Source: Geosiphon pyriformis uo1
Lineage: Eukaryota > Fungi > Glomeromycota
Direction: 5' to 3'
DNA length: 64,000 nucleotides
NCBI GenBank assembly: GCA_016748015.1
Contig: JAAOMT010000664.1
Location: 1,363,892-1,427,891, forward strand
Part shown: positions 13,348-26,545 of the stretch, piece by piece
Layout: each line of letters begins with the position of its first letter
How positions within the stretch are numbered: the stretch's first letter is position 1
Translations under genes and position numbers: made by a program
Notes under the pieces: model-generated
Database searches by the model: none
What the model was told of the DNA's origin: nothing
The model's input: the letters and a program-made list of their open reading frames with translations, nothing else

Positions 13348-16300
13348 TGTTACCAGTTTTAACTTATAAGTTACAGGATTAACCTGATAAGTTATTTAAA
13401 ATAGTCTGAGTTTTTTATATTCTAACTTATCACAAAGTCGAGTTGTTTTAATGTTGTATTGCAAAAGCCAAATTTTATTATCTATTTCAAATTTAGATGT
13501 TTCTTAATATCATTTATCCACTTTTTTGTATTTATTAATACCATTTTCAAGCTTACAAATTAGCTCCTTCTAAATTTCTTTAATTTTAATGATGAATTTT
13601 TTAGCAACAGAGTTAACTGATTCTTTGACCATAGAAGTATTAAATCAAAAATTTTATCTGTAATATGTAACAAATAATGTCATTATAATTAAAGTTTAAA
13701 ATATGTTATTATATGCAAATTTCATTCAAAAAACCATGCAATTTAACAATATTTTAAAAACCAATTAAGTTAATTTCTTTATAATTATATTTTTTAAGCA
13801 TAGAAAAAAATAAGCTATCTTAGTTAAATAATTTATTATTATTAAAACTGCATTTTTTCTAAATCTAAATATATTTATATGAAATCTATAAAAATTGATT
13901 TCCAAAGCCATTTTAAAATAGACAGAAGTTAAAACAAATCAAAAAGCAGATAACAAAAAAGTTTAAACCGAAAACAAATATTACATAATTTTGTATATAT
14001 TTTTAAAAATTTCTTTTGCTGTGGCTGCCAAACATTTTTAGCAACTAATTCAAAGATTTTACCAACTCCAAAATGCTTAAAAAGTAGAATATTATAATTG
14101 TTATTCAAATTTACAATTATTTCAAATATAAATTTATTAATGTATCTATATTTTATAATAAATAAAATAGAATTTGAAATGTTATTAATAATTTTTCAGC
14201 AAATTTATTAATACTTGTAGCTTGTTAATTGCTTCAAAAAGCTTTAAAATAACACAATAATTTATCATTGCTTAGCTTTGAGTTATATAGTTTTTTGTTG
14301 ATCATAAATTTTATCATCTTTTTAGATTTAAATTTCAAATAATATAAAAAAATATCTGTTTTGTTCTATAATAAACTGGAATAATAAATTATTAAGCTTA
14401 ATACTAATAAAATTCTAAAAAATTTTATGATTACAAAAAACAATAATTAGATATTAAATGCCAACAAAATTATAATATTATTGCTCGAAAATGACAATAA
14501 TTGTCAACAGTTTCTTATTAAAAATCTATAATTAATTCTTTAAACAAAAAATTTACTCAAATAGAAAACATTTAAATATAATTGATTATTATTTTTTTGG
14601 TTGTAATAAATAGCTTCAAAAACAAAATCCAAAATATTAGTTTTAATAATATATAATTTAACAAAATTAATATAAATTAATATAAAAACAAAAATAAAAA
14701 CTTGTTTTAAAAATTTAAATATATTATTAGTTTGTAATAATCATATTGATAGGTTTTTATCTTGTTATAGTAGTTAATAATATTACTATATTTGAATAAG
14801 TTTTAATAAACTGTGAATAAAAATTAGCAAATTTAAAAAAAATTAATATCTTTACCAAATAGAATATTCTCCAATTTAAAATTGTTTAAAATTCATCTAA
14901 ATATCTTTAAAAGAGATAATATATCCAAAAAATTTAATTTAAAATTGGTTGAATGCATATTTTTTATAACTTATATTGTTATAAGTGTTTTTAACTGCTT
15001 TAATATTAAATATCTAAAAAAGACGTTATTTTCTTAACAATAAGTATTAAGATTTTTATTAAAGATCTAAAATGATAAATAAAACTTTTTTTCTAATTTT
15101 TTTCTATGTATTTACAAAGAATCTTTAATTTCAGTTCTAAAAAGTTGTCAATTGGATCAAAATAATATTTTACTTTTTACAATTTAATTAAAAAAATATA
15201 CAAACAATTCTTTAACAATAGATTATTTTATTTTTTATTAAACATGTTAACTATTCTTTATATTTAACTAATAATTAAAAATTATTAAAAAATTCTAATT
15301 TATTTTTTTATTAATATACTAAAAACAGTTTTAATAAACAAATCTTTTTTAAAAATTTTAAATGTATTTAAAAAAGTTTAATACTATATGGTTTTTAATT
15401 AATTAATAGATTATACAATTATAATTAAGATAATTTATAAATAATAATATAATATAAACTTTTAACAATATTAAAAATAATTTTTTCTTAATGCTTGATA
15501 ATATTAAAAATTAGCCATTGGGTTTTTTGACTAATATTTTCTAAAATAATAAGATATTTGCTAATAATTTTTAATAATATAAAATACTGTTTTTGATAAT
15601 ATAATATTAAATTATATTGCAAAATTTTTATAAATAGAGCAAAAAAATACATTTAAGTTAATTGATACTTCTATAATTATATTAAAACTAAAATTTAGCA
15701 GTTAATTTTAATAATACAACTAAAACCAAATACAGAATTAGATATTAAATAATAATTTTTATTAAAAATAGTACTTTTACAAAACATCTGACAAAACAAA
15801 AAATCTAATATTAAATTGTTAAAAAATTTTGAACTCAAAACTAGAATAAAAATTTGCTTTAGTAAAATTTTAAATACTAAGTCTAAAAACTAAAATGTTT
15901 AAATATATAGTTTTTATTGTATTTAAACTTATTTGTTTATTAATGAGACTGCCAAAATTTTTTTACTTTTTTCACTAGAATTAACAAAAAATATGGCCAA
16001 TTTTTTTTTAATATAAACAAAAATTATTAGATTGTTAAAATTTTTCTGCTTTTATAAATGATTTGTAATAAGTCATATTAATTTGTAATGTTTTATTTCA
16101 AAATACAACTAATAGTTAACTGTTTACAAAAATTAAACAAATATAAAATTATTACTTTTAACAATATTTAAAAAGTTATTTATTATAATAAACTCTATTT
16201 CTAATAATTTTATTTAATATATTAGCATTAATAAGATTAACAAATAATCTTGAATATTATTACACAATTCAAAACAAAATTGGTCAACTAATGCTTTTTT

Positions 16301-16990
16301 TCTCCAATTAAAATTACATGTAAACTGCCAAAATTTTATATTACATATTGTAGCAATCTAATTTTTTTGTCAGAAATAATATAATTGGTTGGCTGGCTAA
16401 GACTTAAGCTTTTTTGTATCTTCTTATTTTAAATTTTCAAAGAATTTTTATACAATAAAAAAGATTTCTTAATTAACAACACTAACTAAATAAAAACTGT
16501 TTCTTAACTAATTTACAAATTAATCCAACTTGACTTGTATTATCTGAATAACAATAAAATTAAAGTTGAACAATAAGTTATATCTTATTTATAAAATCTT
16601 AAAATTTAAGAACAATTATCATCAAACTTTTCAGATAAGCTAATTTTTAATTTATAAGTAGTAGTTCGAAGTGGAATAGCTTAAACATGTTGTAGTTATA
16701 AGAAGATATTCTTAGCTAGATGTTTTTTTTGGTTAACTACTTACAGTATTTAACAATTTTAACAAGATTAATTGTTTTTAAAACATGATTAAGAATTAAA
16801 TTGTTATGAATTATGCAAATTGGCAAAAAAAGATAAATAGACAATCAAGTTGGAAACCAAAAAAAATAGTATAAACAATTTAATTTACTTAAAAAATTAA
16901 AACCAAATCTGACTGGTCTTTTTATTTATACTCAAAAAATTATAGATTTATTGCTAACCAAATTAGCAAGCTGATTTACAAATGTTTTAA
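13348..16990 (+). mobile_element. Heavily mutated retrotransposon-like relic (possible RT-RNase H remnants, LTR-type order)
   Basis: AT-rich core with more GC-rich ends. Weak decodable remnants are PLG..F*(Q) and VFDNII (~15510-15610, cf. YxDD), IDTS (~15661, cf. TDAS) and NMANFFL (~15990, cf. NxADxLS). Boundaries are approximate. Confidence 0.35.
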
Positions 16991-17026
16991 AATAGTTAGA
17001 ATTTCTCTGATCGATCATTTCTTTTT

Positions 17027-17250
17027 AAAACCTGGGAAATATTCATGCAAACTTGGAAATTCAGAAAAGTGCTAACTGTATAAATAATAGCAAACTCGAG
17101 AAATATTGATGGAGAACTTGGGAAATAATGAGGGATTCGAGAAATTCAAAATGCAAACACAAGAAATATCAATTGCAGACTGTGTAAATAATAACGAAAT
17201 TGGGGAAAAATTAATAGCAACTTATGTAAATATCTCTGTAAATAATGACA
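17027..17250 (+). repeat. Degenerate tandem array of ~10 units of 20-24 bp
   Basis: Units resemble GCAAACT(C/T)G(G/A)GAAATA(T/A)T(G/A)AT, e.g. gcaaactcgagaaatattgat, ggagaacttgggaaataatga, gcagactgtgtaaataataa. Confidence 0.6.
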
Positions 17251-18092
17251 GATTTGGACCAAATAATTAATTTAAAATTTCAGTTATAAAACTTTAATTT
17301 AAAAAAAACTTAATTGTTAAAGACAAAAATTTTTTAATAATTATGAAATTTAATTATATTAATTAAATATACTCTTGCAATGGATTTCCAACTTAAAATA
17401 TTTTTTTCTTATTTGTTTATTTGTTTATTTATTTATTTTAATTATATATATTAATTACTTGATTTTTAAAATTAATTATTAATTTGAATATTAACTTAAT
17501 TAATAATTGATCTAATTATTAATTTGGTTATTTACTTTTTTTTATTATAGAAATAAAAAGGATTTTAAACTGTAAAAAAAAATTTTTAAATGTATATTAA
17601 ATTTTTTTTATAAATATATATACATTTGTTTGTTCAAATTTTTAATAATAAAAAAACCATAAAACTTTTTATAATAATACATTATTTATCAATCTTAAAA
17701 ATTAAATCAAAAAGATAAAAAATTATTTATTTAAATTATTAATAATATTATTTTAATATTAATTCATAAATTAAATAAAATAAACCTGAAATAATAATGA
17801 GTTGTCAAATATTAATTCAATAAAATAATAATACTTTAATAACTGACTAAATTTTCCATGAAAAAAACAAATTGTCATAATATTTGAATCTGCCAAGCTG
17901 TACATTTACTATTCTTGAATTTATAATTTTTTTTTTTGGTAAAGATAGCATCGATTCAAATTCATTACCTGACTACTACCATCCCTTCTTCCAGCACCAG
18001 AAAGCTAAAAATTTCATTTTTTTTTTACTAATTCATTCTATCAGTATGGGTAATGAAAAAGCTAAACTGATTTGTGCTCTCTGAAGTAAATC

Positions 18093-18575
18093 TTAAGTAT
18101 TCGTCAAGAAAGGTAAGAGAGACTTAAGAAAATTTAAACTTTGTTGATATAAACCTGGATTCAGAGATTCTCGTGGACCGGCTATGTTAAGTACGTTTAT
18201 GTTGTTACTTTTTACCCATTCAATTATGGAATCAAAATCCTGTTGTTTTGAAAGGTCAATAATTAAATAAGGCATTCTCTTCTCTTGGACTTCTTTAATG
18301 GTTAAATTGGTTCCACCGGTAATTGCCTCAGGTGAAGGTATATTAGGAAGAAGAATTAATGTCCCATCAGAATCTTTTACGTTTAGTTTTGTCCTTTCGC
18401 TAAAATTGCTACTAGTTGTTTCATTTAATGAATATTTCTCAGGAATGCTAGTGCCTAATTCTGCTAAGCGACCCTTAGGGCACCATCCTCCATGCGGGAT
18501 TTTTAATTCGATCGCAGCATCTAAGGCTGCACGATCTACTCCCGTTTGTCCGCCTGAAACAACCTTTTCAATCAT
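18093..18575 (-). CDS. Bacterial-type 'putative molybdenum carrier' / circularly permuted YpsA-like SLOG-superfamily protein, intronless (HGT candidate)
   Basis: The ATG at 18575 gives 160 aa. Family motifs are SGGQTGVDRAALD, HGGWCPKGRLAE, RTKLNVKDSDGTL, GGTNLT and LNIAGPRES. Confidence 0.9.
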   Translation of the reverse strand: MIEKVVSGGQTGVDRAALDAAIELKIPHGGWCPKGRLAELGTSIPEKYSLNETTSSNFSERTKLNVKDSDGTLILLPNIPSPEAITGGTNLTIKEVQEKRMPYLIIDLSKQQDFDSIIEWVKSNNINVLNIAGPRESLNPGLYQQSLNFLKSLLPFLTNT

Positions 18576-19193
18576 CGAAGGCTTGATTTCCAAAATTTAA
18601 TAGTAGTCACAGTATGTTAAAATTTGGTTTTCAAGAGGCCGGGGAATTAAAGAGTTTAAGAATTTTCCAATGAAATATCTTTGAGAAAAAGGGCTTATTA
18701 ATAAGCATATATTGTGGCTTATACTTTTTTTTTATAGCTTTGTACCACCAATCTCAATTTAGGTAATAAATTCCATCATTGTGATATATAATATGTGTTT
18801 GACTCTGATCCCAAAACTTTGAAACAATTGAAATGAATTTAATTTCCATCAAATTTCTATAATTTTTTTGCTCAAACGAGAAAAAAATTTTAAAATAAAA
18901 TTCATTTGGGTTTTTTGAAAAGCTATCCACGTACCCTAATTTCATTCTTTGTCTTGGTAAAGAAAACTTGAGCCAACGTTGCAGAATTATAATATTATTT
19001 AGGTGTGGGGTAGATTAAATATTTTGTAAAGTTTCTAAAGTTGTAAATCCTTATTGTACCTTATTTTCATTTTAGAACAGTTTCATAAATAAAAATCATG
19101 ATATCTCTATCAATTATTGAAAGGAATCATTGTTTAAAAGAAAATTTTTATTTTTCTCAAATCTTCTTAGATAAAAGTGTGTAATGACTTATT

Positions 19194-19585
19194 TCAGAAA
19201 AAATTCAAAATTTCACTATCTGAATAATCTTTAAAGGAACTCAAATTGTTTGCCTTCTTCTTAAGTACACTGTAAATTTCTAATTCATCTACATTGAACG
19301 ATATTGGCGTATAATCACCCAAAAGATTTGGTTCAAAATATTTTTGCTCATACCAGCATGATGAATCAATGTTACAATTGTCACCAAAGTATAAATCTAG
19401 ACTAGATGTAAAGTCACCGACTGAATAATTCCCATATAGACCTCTCGCCTGCTTGGAAAATTTGATGTCTGTTCCATTACCAAATGTAAATATAAATATA
19501 TCTGGGGTATATTCGTAGTTTTGCTTAGATTCTTCACGTCTATTAGTCCAAATACTGGTATAATAGCCTACTATAATAGAGAAAA
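19194..19585 (-). pseudogene. Orphan C-terminal half of a divergent TLDc domain
   Basis: Open frame without a start: IIVGYYTSIW..IFIFTFGNG..LYFGDN..CWYEQKYFE..FNVDELEIYSV. No upstream exon is recognisable. Confidence 0.7.
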
Positions 19586-19783
19586 TTCTGTATCAATTAA
19601 ATAATCTTGTTGAGAAGAAAAAAAATTTTTTTTTTTGAACACATTTCAGGAACCTCAGTTTAAGTATATCAGAAGTTAAGAGGCACAAACTTTTTAGAAT
19701 AGAAATAAAATGAACAAAAGAAAAAAACTCCCACGTTAGATTATTTCAATATTTTTTTTACTTTCTATAATATCCATTTTAAC

Positions 19784-20910
19784 ATGGTTAAATTTTAGTA
19801 GTAAACTTTAGGGTGCTTTTAAAAAAGCTCGAATGATTATGATATAGTTACTGAGATAGGGGAAAATTCACAGATTAAAAAGTTTCATACACTCTTTTAT
19901 CCTAGGCTCACATTCAACCTGTTTTAGAAGCGCATTTTCAAAGAATCTCCTAGCAAAAGTGTGATATGTCAATACTCAAAAATATTGAATATTATCCGGA
20001 GATTATTCTCAAGTGAGTTTTTCTTTAAAGCATAGTAAAATACTTTTTTAAAAAATTTTGAAAATAAATATTTTAAATTCAGTATAGAAATATCTATGCT
20101 AAATCTGTAAATTTAGATCAATAACTTGTCGTCACCGACGAAACTTGTGATTCATGAATTAATCGGCTACAGCCAACACCATCTCATAAAGAAAAAATTG
20201 AAATGGTTATAAAAACATCTTCCAATCATAAAAATGTGGAAGTTTACGCTTAAAAAAATTACTGAAAAACTACATCTGGTTTTCAAATCAACTGACTTAC
20301 CTTCATTAAAAGAATCAATTTTGTTTCTTTAATCAAAAGAGGAGATCTTGAAATTGAGTTTTTAGAATTTTTGATAAAAATGGTGCATTGGGAAAAACTT
20401 TGTGAACTGGACTACAACCGATTTTTTCGCTCTTAAAAAGACACTTCCCGATATTTATGTTAATCAAAATACCTTTACATCTCTAGGGTTTAAATTCTTC
20501 AAATTTGATTTTGTATTTATCTTCTTCAATAAGTAATGATAGGGACGATTATTTTGATCAAGTGATGCCATATAAAAAAAATATTATCCAAGGAATTAAA
20601 GAAGAAATATGTGTATACCATCTTAAGATTACATCTCAATCACCGATCCATATTCTTTTACCTTAGAATGGTATCATTGATTCTGAAAATATTATCAAAT
20701 ATCGCCATATAAATCTCATCAATTCATTGATAGATAAGAATGATGCTGCAGTTTATATTATAAATCACCCTAAACCTTTAAATTTTTGTAGTGAGGAAGC
20801 TATTGGTTAGATATTTTCAAAATCTATAAGGAAATCAGATAAAAACTGTTGTTATAGCTATGATAAACGGAACAGGAAAAAAAAATTGTTAGACAGTATA
20901 ATCTATATAC
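19784..20910 (+). pseudogene. Divergent BTB-BACK-TLDc pseudogene
   Basis: Frameshifted remnants read DYDIVTEIGENSQIKKFH..SFILGSHSTCFRSAFS (BTB), with an intron at the same ILK/YIY position (gtgagt ~20013), then VFKSTDLPSLKESIL..GDLEI, NWTTTDFFALKKTL, YFDQVMPYKK (BACK) and KTVVIAMINGTGKK (TLDc). Confidence 0.8.
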
Positions 20911-21669
20911 AGTACTATTATCATTTTAAATTCTTTGAATTAAAATTTCAATAACTCTGTTCAAATTTTTCCGGATTCCTATATACTTTTATAAAAAATC
21001 TGATTAGGCTTATGATTCAAAGTGGAAGAAACCACTATATATATTAAATCCTAAATAATATTTTTCGAAACTTGCGAAAACTTTTAAATATTTAATCCTT
21101 TAACCTTTAACCTTTAACCTTTAACTAGTTCTATCAAAAAGATAATTTTTCGTGATTGAGAATCATTTCTTAAAAAAATCTTGAATTTTATCCAAAAAAT
21201 TTTAAAGTTTAAGATATAAGATATAAAATATAATATAATATAATATTAAATTCGAAAAAAAGTTAAAGTATTAATATAATTTTTTTTCATTATATGATTT
21301 TGTAAAATCACTATAACTATTAAAAAAAAAAAAAAAATAAACGATGAAAATTTAAAATTTTATTCAAAAAAGCTAAAAAAAAAAAAAACTACAAACTTTT
21401 AAATTTTATTTCAAATATTAAAATTCAATTTTTCTCTTCTTCTTTTAAATCTTTATTCCAAGAATGGATAAGAATGAGTCAAGTGATTTGCCCTCTTTAA
21501 GGTTTGAAAAGGTATCACAATTGAATTATATATATATATATAGATATCACAATTGAATTATATATATATATATAGATATCACACTGTATGTAATCCACAA
21601 TATCCTTTCAAAATCTTTTTTTTTAAAAAATTGGAGTTGTACCATTATGTTTCTGCTAATAGTAAACAC

Positions 21670-23161
21670 TTAATCGGGAAGTTCAAAGGTTTCCAGTGTA
21701 AGATTTCTACAATCTCCAAACGTAGTTCCAAAATAAGGACCAAAGTTTGCTGAAGGGTTTAATCCATCTGTTCCGGAATTGCAATTCTGAAAGCCAAATA
21801 TTGTTATTGTTAAAAAAATGAATGTTCCAAATTTAAAACTCTATTGTTTTCAATTATAACCTGATTCTCCCCGAATTTTCCATTTTTATTGAAAAATCCT
21901 GGACATTTGTAGAGTGCATATGAGTTGGAATAAGAAGGTATTTCATCACAATCACAATCAATATCTGATATCCAAAACTCTGTTTCAGCATGTGCATATC
22001 GCCTATAATTCAAAAAGTCTCTTTTGGGAAATTGAGGAACGAAGTCATTTCTATTTGTAATGCGGTATATCGTGAGTCCATCCTTGTTAAAATTTAATGC
22101 TTTCGCATGTTTCTCATCCCCAACTCTAGGTTGTCCGAAAGTTAAAAGAGTAACTTTCATCGGTCGATCAGGGATATAAATATTGAGAATTTCCCGGATC
22201 TCAGAAGATACCAACGCCATAGCAGCAATTTGGGCATATGCTAAGAAATATTAAATATAGGAGACCCAAAATTATTTCAAAAATCGAGTTGGGATTTTTT
22301 GGATTTTTTTGAATTTTTTTTTTTTTCAAACTTTACCTCCACCAATTCCATGACCAATTAAATAAAAATTAAAACCCTCGCCTTTGGTAACAGTGGAATT
22401 GGCTAAACTAATCACTGCATTAATAATTTTTAGCATGACAGGCGAATCTTTGCCGTCAACTGATTCAAATTCTTTAGCCCATCTTTCATCCAAGCTCGAA
22501 CCTGTTTTATATTGTTTTAAAATAAATTTCTCCTTTTCCCACTGTTTACGAGTCATTTCTAAGCCTAATTATTTTGGTTTTCAAGATAAAAAATAATCCT
22601 AAATTCAAAACGAAATAGGCATAAAGAGAAATATCAGAAAAAAAATTATTAAAAAGTTCTAAATACCTCGAAAATATCCTACCATCATTTTTTTATACTT
22701 TTCATAAAATACATCGCCTAAAAATTAAAATGAAACAAAATAAGTTTTATATATATATATATATATTAAAAAAAATTTTATCACGTATACGTACAAATAA
22801 AATGTTTAGCAACATATAAGTTGTCCTCTATTGGTCTACAATATGGAATATTGGCCATCTGAGCAAAGTATTCCAAAGATTCAACGAGAACGGAATCAGT
22901 AACAAGGGTTTTTGGAGGAGAATTTTTTATCTTTCTTCCAAATCCTTCTGTTGAACGAACGAGTAACTTATTTAAAGAAAAATTATTATTTCCTAGAGAT
23001 TCATTATGAAAAAATTTTTTTTCTTGACTATATGTTGAAATAGTAAAAGATTGTTTTATAGCTGAAACATTTTGAACCATTCGAAAATTTATGCAATATA
23101 ATAACCAAAATAAATTGATTAAAAAACTTTGATGAGAAAAATAACATGAATTAAACAACAT
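21670..23161 (-). CDS. Lipase class 3-fold protein; catalytic Ser->Gly and catalytic His apparently lost (pseudoenzyme)
   Basis: Exons are 23161-22795, 22717-22667, 22564-22337, 22240-21861, 21786-21670 (GT-AG, in frame). Motifs are FAQMANIPYC, VGYFRG, LIGHGIGGA, TFGQPRVGD, NDFVP, HAETEFW and ANFGPYFG. The 5-exon structure matches the 6250 gene. Confidence 0.88.
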
Positions 23162-23499
23162 TTGTGAAATATTTTCCTTCAAAGCTAATAAAAACTAAAT
23201 AATGTAAGGCCTTAAAATCTTTTGAATTTCAATATTAGTTTTTTAATTTTTTTATTTTATCATTTCTGTTTGCCAAATGAGATAAGTAATCCAAAATATT
23301 TGAGAGTATAATTTAATATATACATGGTGACTTTGGTTATACTCAAAAGATAGATAATCCGAGGATCAGTAAAACTCGGATTATAGTTTAAAAAATTTTT
23401 AATAAATAATAATTAAAAAATTTTCCCTAATCCAATCCAAAATAAGATAATAATTCATTTTTTTTTTTGTGAATAAATGTACTTTACTTTAAATATTTT

Positions 23500-24470
23500 A
23501 TAAAAATTTATTTATTTTAATAAACAAATTTATTTAAATAATTGTAAAAATCATTAAATTTGTATTTTTTTTTTTTTTTTTTTACCAATTTACTTTCCAA
23601 TAAATAAATTATAACAAAAATAATAAATATTAATACATACATTTGAAACTCAAAAAATAAAAATATATTAAAACTTAAATTAAAAATAAATTGAATTTAT
23701 TAAAAACTTTATTTTTTTATTATTATTATTATAAATTCTATTAATTTTTAATAAACTTTATAATTTTAACTTTATTATGTATTATAATAATATTAACATT
23801 TTAAAAAATTTTTTTTACTATATATATAATAATTTTATAAAATACTAGTTTTAATAATTATATTATCAAAAAAATTTTAAATATTATTATAAATAATCTT
23901 TAAATAATATTCGAAATTTTAAGATTAAAATAAAAAAAAATTTAATTATTAACTTAAAAAACTTAATTAATAATTTTAAAAAACTGTATAACCAAAAAAT
24001 AATTAACAAATTTGTATTGAATTTATTATAAAAAGCAATAATCTTTTTATTTAAAAAATTCAAACACTATTTTTTTTACAAAAACTAGCCAGCAAGCAAA
24101 AACAGTACTAATTATCTTAACATATTGCTATAAATTAACAAATTTTAAAGATTTTTTTAAAAACACAAAAAATTTTTAATTTTATTATAACAATGTTTAA
24201 AAAAATATTTTACAGAATTACAATAAAAGAAAAAAGACCAAAAACAACGATTATTAAAATTTTTGCAATCTTAAAAGAAAAAACTAGCAAACTTAATTTT
24301 AATATTAATATGTAAAAAGGTCTAAAATACAAATTATATACAAAAAAATTCAAAATTGTTTTTAAAAACCAGGTTTAAAACTAATAAAACAATAAACAAA
24401 TTAAAACATAGTTTTATCATAAGCTATTTTGATTCTTGTAATTTTACTAATCATTAGAGTAAAGACTATC
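23500..24470. mobile_element. AT-rich decayed transposon-like relic
   Basis: G/C-depleted block that resembles a LINE 5' region on the minus strand. No firm motifs. Confidence 0.25.
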
Positions 24471-24689
24471 CACGTAAAAAAATTTAAAAATTAGTAAAAA
24501 TTTTCAAAGTATTCTTTTATTTTATTAGTCTACACTTCATACCAAGGACTATCCTCATCTAACTTATAAAAGTCTTTGCCAAATTGTTCTACATCCGAAT
24601 AACTTGACATTTGGGCATCGCGGTTATGTCTACCTATCTTTTAATTAGTTAAAGTTGTATAAAGAAACATAAATAAAATAAAAGCAAAT

Positions 24690-26008
24690 TTATCTTTTTA
24701 TAATTTGAAAAACTTCATACTCCTCGACAGAAAAATTCAAATGTTGATATTCTAATCCAGGCATTATAGCATGCTCATAATTTGTTGTATTTCGACAATA
24801 GCACCCTGAACTATTTTTAAAATCTTTGCCACTCAAAATCATATTGCGATCTCCAAAAAAGGGTCCATAATTTGGCCCATCAAAAGGTCCATATCCTGTA
24901 ACAAATTTGCTAAGTATAGCATTTTCAGCATTGTCATCTCCAAGAGAAAAAATAAAACTTCTTTCTCCATTTAAAAATTCACCTCGAGAGTGCCAAGATT
25001 GTGGGTTAAAGCCGCCAATTATCTGACCAGTTCCTTTCACTTTGATTACGCTAATTGTTGCTCCTTTATCATCGCATAATCGATGGAAATCGGCTGGAGT
25101 AAATCCGTCTCGACTGCCTCGAAGTAACAATTTAAAATCATTTCCAAGTTTGCTTTCAAAAGGAGTATTTTTGTTTTTGCCTTGAATCCAATGATTAAGC
25201 TGTTTTATATTATGTGATTGAAGAAGCTTTGAATCAACATTTGATCGTAATGGCTGAGCGTCTACAGATTTTTGATGACTACCCGGTACGAGATAATGAT
25301 GTAAAAGATCTTCATATAAAGTTCCAGGTAAAATTCTCGCAAATGGTTTTACTTTGTGATAGAAGTCAACTGAAGATATGTGAAAGAAGCGGATTAAAGG
25401 TAGAAGCCTTTCGATGGATTCCTTAAAGGCGTTAAAGTTTTCATCTGTCCAGTAAGGAACTTTTTTCGTCTGAATATTGTTATCTAATTTAGCAATTCCC
25501 CATTCTACAATCTTTTCCCATATTTCAGATTCTTCTATATTTAGATCATCCTGGGTTAAAATTGAGACAAGAGCCTTTTCACTAAGAGAGGTAAAATCTT
25601 GCGAATCGAAAACTATGGCTGGATTGTTAGCAGCTATTTCGGTGCAGAATACTTGTAACTTCTTGAAAGAATCATGCNNNNNNNNNNNNNNNNNNNNNNN
25701 NNNNNNNNNNNNNNNNNNNNNNNNNNNNNNNNNNNNNNNNNNNNNNNNNNNNNNNNNNNNNNNNNNAAAATCTTTGGTGAAATATTAGGTTTAGGGAAGA
25801 TAATGATATTATTTTCCCTTTTAATCCAATTGCTAGAGAGTGCTACAGCAAAATATGGTGATCTTGCTGCTAAAATTTGGGAATGAGCATGAAAGGTTCT
25901 AATATTTGGCGCTTCGCCAACTATAATTCTAATATCAGAGAATTTCTGACTGTCAAATAAATTTCCAAAATCATTGGATAAAGCGTGAAAGTATTGTTGG
26001 GGTGACAT
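24690..26008 (-). CDS. BTB-BACK-TLDc protein, copy 2 (assembly gap 25678-25766)
   Basis: Exon 1 translates identically to copy 1 up to the gap. The frame is open from the gap to the stop at 24690; the ORF track starts late only because no ATG/TTG/GTG occurs earlier in frame. Confidence 0.88.
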
Positions 26009-26545
26009 TGGTAAATATGAGAAGTCTGAGTAAGGTTTTTTTCTCTACGTATTAGGCATTTAGCTATTGACACACAGTTATATACTTATCCAGAGCACAA
26101 GTCACATGTTAACCTGCACATTATCGATTGATCAATTAATGGATTATCTAAGCAGCCCAATTTTTACCGCCCAAAATGAGTATCACTTTTGATCTCAAAA
26201 ATTATGTGCAACAAAAAAAATTGTTTTGAATAAAAAACCTTGGGATAGTTTATTTATCAATTTTATATTTCAATATACCATATAATAATAACATGGTAAA
26301 AACATATATTTCATATATTGTTTATATTATTTACATTTTTAAAATTAATTATTATTGAATATTTTTCTTTGAAATTTTTTTACTTATTAATTAAAATAAA
26401 ATTATATATTTATTCAATATAAACTTGATTTAATTTTTCTAAAATACATTGTATTTTTTAACTGCATATTCTGCAAGTTTGCTACAAATTCTTTTTCTAT
26501 AGATTCATATAAGATCAAGTTTTTCTAGCAAATCTCTAATTGTAA

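Noticed and set aside
17027-17250. CRISPR array
   Set aside because: Eukaryotic context, degenerate abutting units without unique spacers, and no cas genes.
19194-20910. One BTB-TLDc gene split by an inversion into the + pseudogene and the - TLDc half
   Set aside because: Both pieces seem to carry their own IxGxY/N motif region and differ greatly in decay, so two separate relics are more likely. It is not fully excluded.
21098-21126. (CCTTTAA)4 as an interstitial telomere
   Set aside because: It has only four units and does not match TTAGGG. It is treated as a simple microsatellite.
21513-21582. ~33-bp direct duplication around (TA)n
   Set aside because: Ordinary slippage duplication with no sign of function.
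24690-25677. Copy 2 as a truncated pseudogene (ORF track shows only 146 aa)
   Set aside because: Hand translation shows an open frame up to the N gap. The short call reflects the lack of an in-frame start codon after the gap.
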